Shown: piece by piece, positions 61,008 through 64,000 of the stretch
Position numbering within the stretch: position 1 is the stretch's first letter
How the letters are laid out: each line of letters opens with the position of its first letter
Source: a candidate division WWE3 bacterium RAAC2_WWE3_1
GTDB taxonomy: Bacteria; Patescibacteriota; WWE3; UBA101185; UBA10185
Assembly (NCBI GenBank): GCA_000503835.1
Contig: CP006914.1
Coordinates: forward strand, 45,790 to 109,789
DNA: 64,000 nucleotides
Direction: 5' to 3'
The notes under the pieces: model-generated
The model's database searches: none
The model's input: the letters and a program-made list of their open reading frames with translations, nothing else
What the model was told of the DNA's origin: nothing
Position numbers and translations under genes: made by a program

Positions 61008-62102
61008 ATGATATATGTAACAAAGCCGACATTACCGGATATTCAAGATTACACAAATTTAATGAAAGGAATTTGGGAGCGCGGGTGGTTGACCAACAAC
61101 GGTGTGCTCGTTCAGCAGCTTGAAAACCAGTTAAAACAATATCTGGAAGTTGGGAACCTTTCTTTAGTCACTAACGCTACGATGGGTTTGTTACTGGCGC
61201 TGTATGCCTTAGATTTAGAAGGCGAAGTTATAACTACTCCCTTTACATTTGCAGCTACGACCAACGTTTTATTTATGAAGGGACTTACGCCGGTGTTTGC
61301 TGATATCGACCCGGAAACCTTTAATATTGATCCCGCCGATGTAGAAAGAAAGATTACAAAGAAAACCTCGGCGATTCTTGCTGTCCATGTTTTTGGAAAT
61401 CCCTGCGATATAACCGGGCTAGAAAAAATTGCCAAGAAACATAAATTGAAACTAATATTTGATGCAGCGCACGCCTTCGGAGTACAGTACAAAGGTAAAT
61501 CAGTCTGTGAATATGGGGATGTGTCTGTACTAAGTTTTCATGCAGTGAAGCTGTTCAATACAGTGGAAGGCGGGGCAATCGTTGCAAAAACTGAACAAAT
61601 CTCCCATAAATGTAAGTTATTTAGGAATTTCGGATTCGAGTCCGAGGAAGAAATTGTATTACCGGGGGTTAACGCAAAAATGAGCGAATTCCACGCAGCA
61701 ATGGGATTATGCAACCTCAAATCTATCAAGCGGGTTATAGATAAAAATAGGAAATATTTTGATCTTTACGTAAGATTAATGGACGGGGCTAATGTAAGAT
61801 TTCAGAAACCCGAAATATCGCGGGTGGTTCATACTTATATGCCGGTATGCTTCGACTCAAAGATTACAAGAGATAAAGTATATGACCACTTGGTGAAAAA
61901 CGGTTACTCGTCAAGAAAATATTTTTATCCTTTGACATCGGATTTTGACTATTTGCATACGAAAAATAAGAAGAAAAAAGTGAGTAATAATCTAATTAAC
62001 GCAAGGAAAGTAGCCGACACAATACTATGTTTACCACTTTATCCGAGTATGGAGAAGCGTGACATAGAAAAAATTTGTAAGCTGGTAAAAGAGATATGCT
62101 AG
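61008..62102 (+). CDS. DegT/DnrJ/EryC1/StrS sugar aminotransferase (VioA-like)
   Basis: WLTNNG, TTPFTF, DAAHAFG, SFHAVK (PLP lysine), NAKMSE. Confidence 0.92.
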   Translation: MIYVTKPTLPDIQDYTNLMKGIWERGWLTNNGVLVQQLENQLKQYLEVGNLSLVTNATMGLLLALYALDLEGEVITTPFTFAATTNVLFMKGLTPVFADIDPETFNIDPADVERKITKKTSAILAVHVFGNPCDITGLEKIAKKHKLKLIFDAAHAFGVQYKGKSVCEYGDVSVLSFHAVKLFNTVEGGAIVAKTEQISHKCKLFRNFGFESEEEIVLPGVNAKMSEFHAAMGLCNLKSIKRVIDKNRKYFDLYVRLMDGANVRFQKPEISRVVHTYMPVCFDSKITRDKVYDHLVKNGYSSRKYFYPLTSDFDYLHTKNKKKKVSNNLINARKVADTILCLPLYPSMEKRDIEKICKLVKEIC

Positions 62103-63850
62103 AGATTAGACCTCTCAAGTTAACTGATTTTTATCGTCTGCATTCTTCTTATGATGATTTAGGTTCTGGGAAGCATTTTATTGATCTATACTGGCTTGGT
62201 TTAAGACACATGTCGCTGAAATGGCTGTTGGCGCAAGGTGGTCTGTTCGGCTCTACAACTCCTCTAATAAGAGGTATTCTCAGGAGAATTTATTACAGAT
62301 CCGTATCTTTCTCTGTTGTAGCTGTCGACGAGGGTAAGATATTGGGGCACTGTTTCGCAATTTTAAGAGATAGGAAGCAAGATGGTTCTTTTATTGTTGA
62401 ATACGGTATATGGGTTTCAGAGAAAAGTAGGGGGTTGGGAATAGGGCTAAAACTTACGAAAAAGATAATAGAAGTCGTTACTTCTTATGGAGCGATCTCC
62501 GGGATAAGATTATATGTTTGGGAAAATAACGTCGGAGCGATTGATTTATATAGGAAAATAGGATTTACGCAGAGCAAGGTGATAAAACAAGATAAATCCA
62601 TCGGTGATGAAAAGTTTGATACCGTTGAGATGTACTTGCCTATAATTTTCGAATCGGATAGAAGAAAGTCAGCGCTGTTCATTGCAAATGGTATAGATGA
62701 GGTTAGTCCCGGTGTTGCAGGTGGAGAGACGCGTTTTATAGAGATTGCCAAAGGCTGGTTTTCCAGGGGGCTGACTATGCACCTGTTGAGTAGCAAGGGC
62801 GGGTATAAGCTTTGTTCTGATTTTGGCCTTAGTGTAGTGCCACATTACATAAAGTCAATAACTAGGTCTGGAAGATTCAGTTTTCTATCCAAATCTTTTT
62901 ATAGTATGTTTTTACCAAAAAGCTTGACGGGTAGCAGAATTGACATAGTTTATAGTACTAACGAGCAGTTGTACGACGTACTTCCTGGGTTATTACTAAA
63001 AATAAAAAAAGGGAATTCTTTGAAATGGGCAGTTGTTGTTCATTGGCTGCCGCCATATAAGTGGTGGGGGAGAAAGCAGTCTACGTTTACCAACTCCTTT
63101 TTGTTTTTAGTGAGCGAAAGGATAAGTTTGTATATAGCTTGTTTGTTCGCGGATCGGATATTGGCAGTTTCAGAGTCTACAAAGAATCAGATAGAGAATG
63201 ATTTTTTCGCTAAATTTTTTGTCAAAAAAGTAGGTGCTGTGAAGTGCGGTGTTAATTTTTCCGACATGAAAAAAGTATCCGATCGCGTCGAGAAAAAAAT
63301 ATACGATGCAGTTTTTTTAAAAAGACTTCAGGCAGTAAAAGGTATATTTGATCTAATAGATATTTGGGAAATGGTTGTTAAAGAATTACCTGGCGCAAAA
63401 CTTGTGGTTATTGGTGCAGGAATAGACGGAGAAGAGGCTAAGAGGAGGGTGTTAGAGAGAGGGCTAGATAAAAACGTCATATTTAAGGGGGCCATATACG
63501 ATTTTGATACAAAAGTTAAGGAGTTGGCAAGCGCTAAAATATTTATGTTGCCGACATATGAGGAGAACTGGGCCATAGCGATAGGAGAGGCAATGGCAGC
63601 TGGCGTGCCTGTCTTTGCCTACGCCCTTCCTGAATTAGATGCCGTGTGGGGAAGCAACTACTGCGGTATACAACTTGGAGACAAGGTTAATTTTGCTAAT
63701 AAAGTAATATCAGCTCTCAAAGATCAACAACTTTTGGATAGTATGAAATTGAAAGCCTTGAATTTTGTGGAGGGTTACGACTGGGATTTAATATCTGCTG
63801 AAGAATTAGAGCTGGTTAAAAGGGACGTCGATGAAAAACCACGCCGTTAG
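62096..63850 (+). CDS. GNAT acetyltransferase-GT4 glycosyltransferase fusion
   Basis: N-terminal SRGLGIG and NVGAIDLYRKIGF; C-terminal GGE, KG, EENWAIAIGEAMAAG. Confidence 0.82.
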   Translation: MLEIRPLKLTDFYRLHSSYDDLGSGKHFIDLYWLGLRHMSLKWLLAQGGLFGSTTPLIRGILRRIYYRSVSFSVVAVDEGKILGHCFAILRDRKQDGSFIVEYGIWVSEKSRGLGIGLKLTKKIIEVVTSYGAISGIRLYVWENNVGAIDLYRKIGFTQSKVIKQDKSIGDEKFDTVEMYLPIIFESDRRKSALFIANGIDEVSPGVAGGETRFIEIAKGWFSRGLTMHLLSSKGGYKLCSDFGLSVVPHYIKSITRSGRFSFLSKSFYSMFLPKSLTGSRIDIVYSTNEQLYDVLPGLLLKIKKGNSLKWAVVVHWLPPYKWWGRKQSTFTNSFLFLVSERISLYIACLFADRILAVSESTKNQIENDFFAKFFVKKVGAVKCGVNFSDMKKVSDRVEKKIYDAVFLKRLQAVKGIFDLIDIWEMVVKELPGAKLVVIGAGIDGEEAKRRVLERGLDKNVIFKGAIYDFDTKVKELASAKIFMLPTYEENWAIAIGEAMAAGVPVFAYALPELDAVWGSNYCGIQLGDKVNFANKVISALKDQQLLDSMKLKALNFVEGYDWDLISAEELELVKRDVDEKPRR

Positions 63851-64000
63851 TAAGTTTTACACGGCAGCATCTAGAGTTAAAAAGCTTCTGTCTTCGGCAC
63901 TAAAGATTCGTATCCGTTTATTAAACTCAGCCTTCTTTATGGGAATGGCGAACTCGTTATACAAGCTTGAGAAACTTCCAATCTTTTATCCCGTAGCGTT
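63831..64000 (+). CDS. Partial ORF running off the window, unknown product
   Basis: ATG 63831 overlaps the upstream gene; MKNHAVSKFY... is open to the window end. Confidence 0.55.
   Translation, partial: MKNHAVSKFYTAASRVKKLLSSALKIRIRLLNSAFFMGMANSLYKLEKLPIFYPVA

Noticed and set aside
1-64000. Alternative genetic code (UGA=Gly), and tRNA or rRNA genes
   Set aside because: TGA terminates conserved genes (serS, rpsL, rplD, rplE) at their expected ends; no cloverleaf or rRNA-like sequence was recognised in the short intergenic regions.

Overview
Bacterial chromosomal window with the hallmarks of a CPR/Patescibacteria genome, probably Microgenomates/WWE3-like (lineage is inference): no rpmD between rpsE and rplO, tightly packed genes, mostly non-SD A/T-rich start contexts, genetic code 11. 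1-9.6 kb: rpsM-rpmJ-infA (minus strand), serS, a SAM methyltransferase, uppP, secA, an RsmB/F-type methyltransferase, a TMTC-like GT-C/TPR gene and lepB. 9.8-31.8 kb: a continuous rpoB-rpoC-str-S10-spc-secY-ybaB-adk block. 31.9-64 kb: a very large surface-glycosylation locus (GT2, GT4, five GT-C-type membrane enzymes, two flippases, ugd, ferredoxin plus B12/radical SAM, aminotransferase, GNAT-GT4 fusion), interrupted at 55.5-57.6 kb by an opposite-strand cassette of six small unknown genes. Most notable observations: (i) a tandem array of 32-33 bp covarying hairpins with a GTAG foot (REP-like) starting inside the rpsM stop codon; (ii) the small-gene cassette, which holds a cryptic three-member paralog family and has its own promoters, strong SD sites and two similar terminators; (iii) a 142-aa uL3 with a large internal deletion, plus altered uL2, uL22 and uS12 motifs; (iv) apparent leaderless promoters and mini-ORFs whose stops overlap downstream starts. 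All calls come from reading the sequence by eye; no searches were run.
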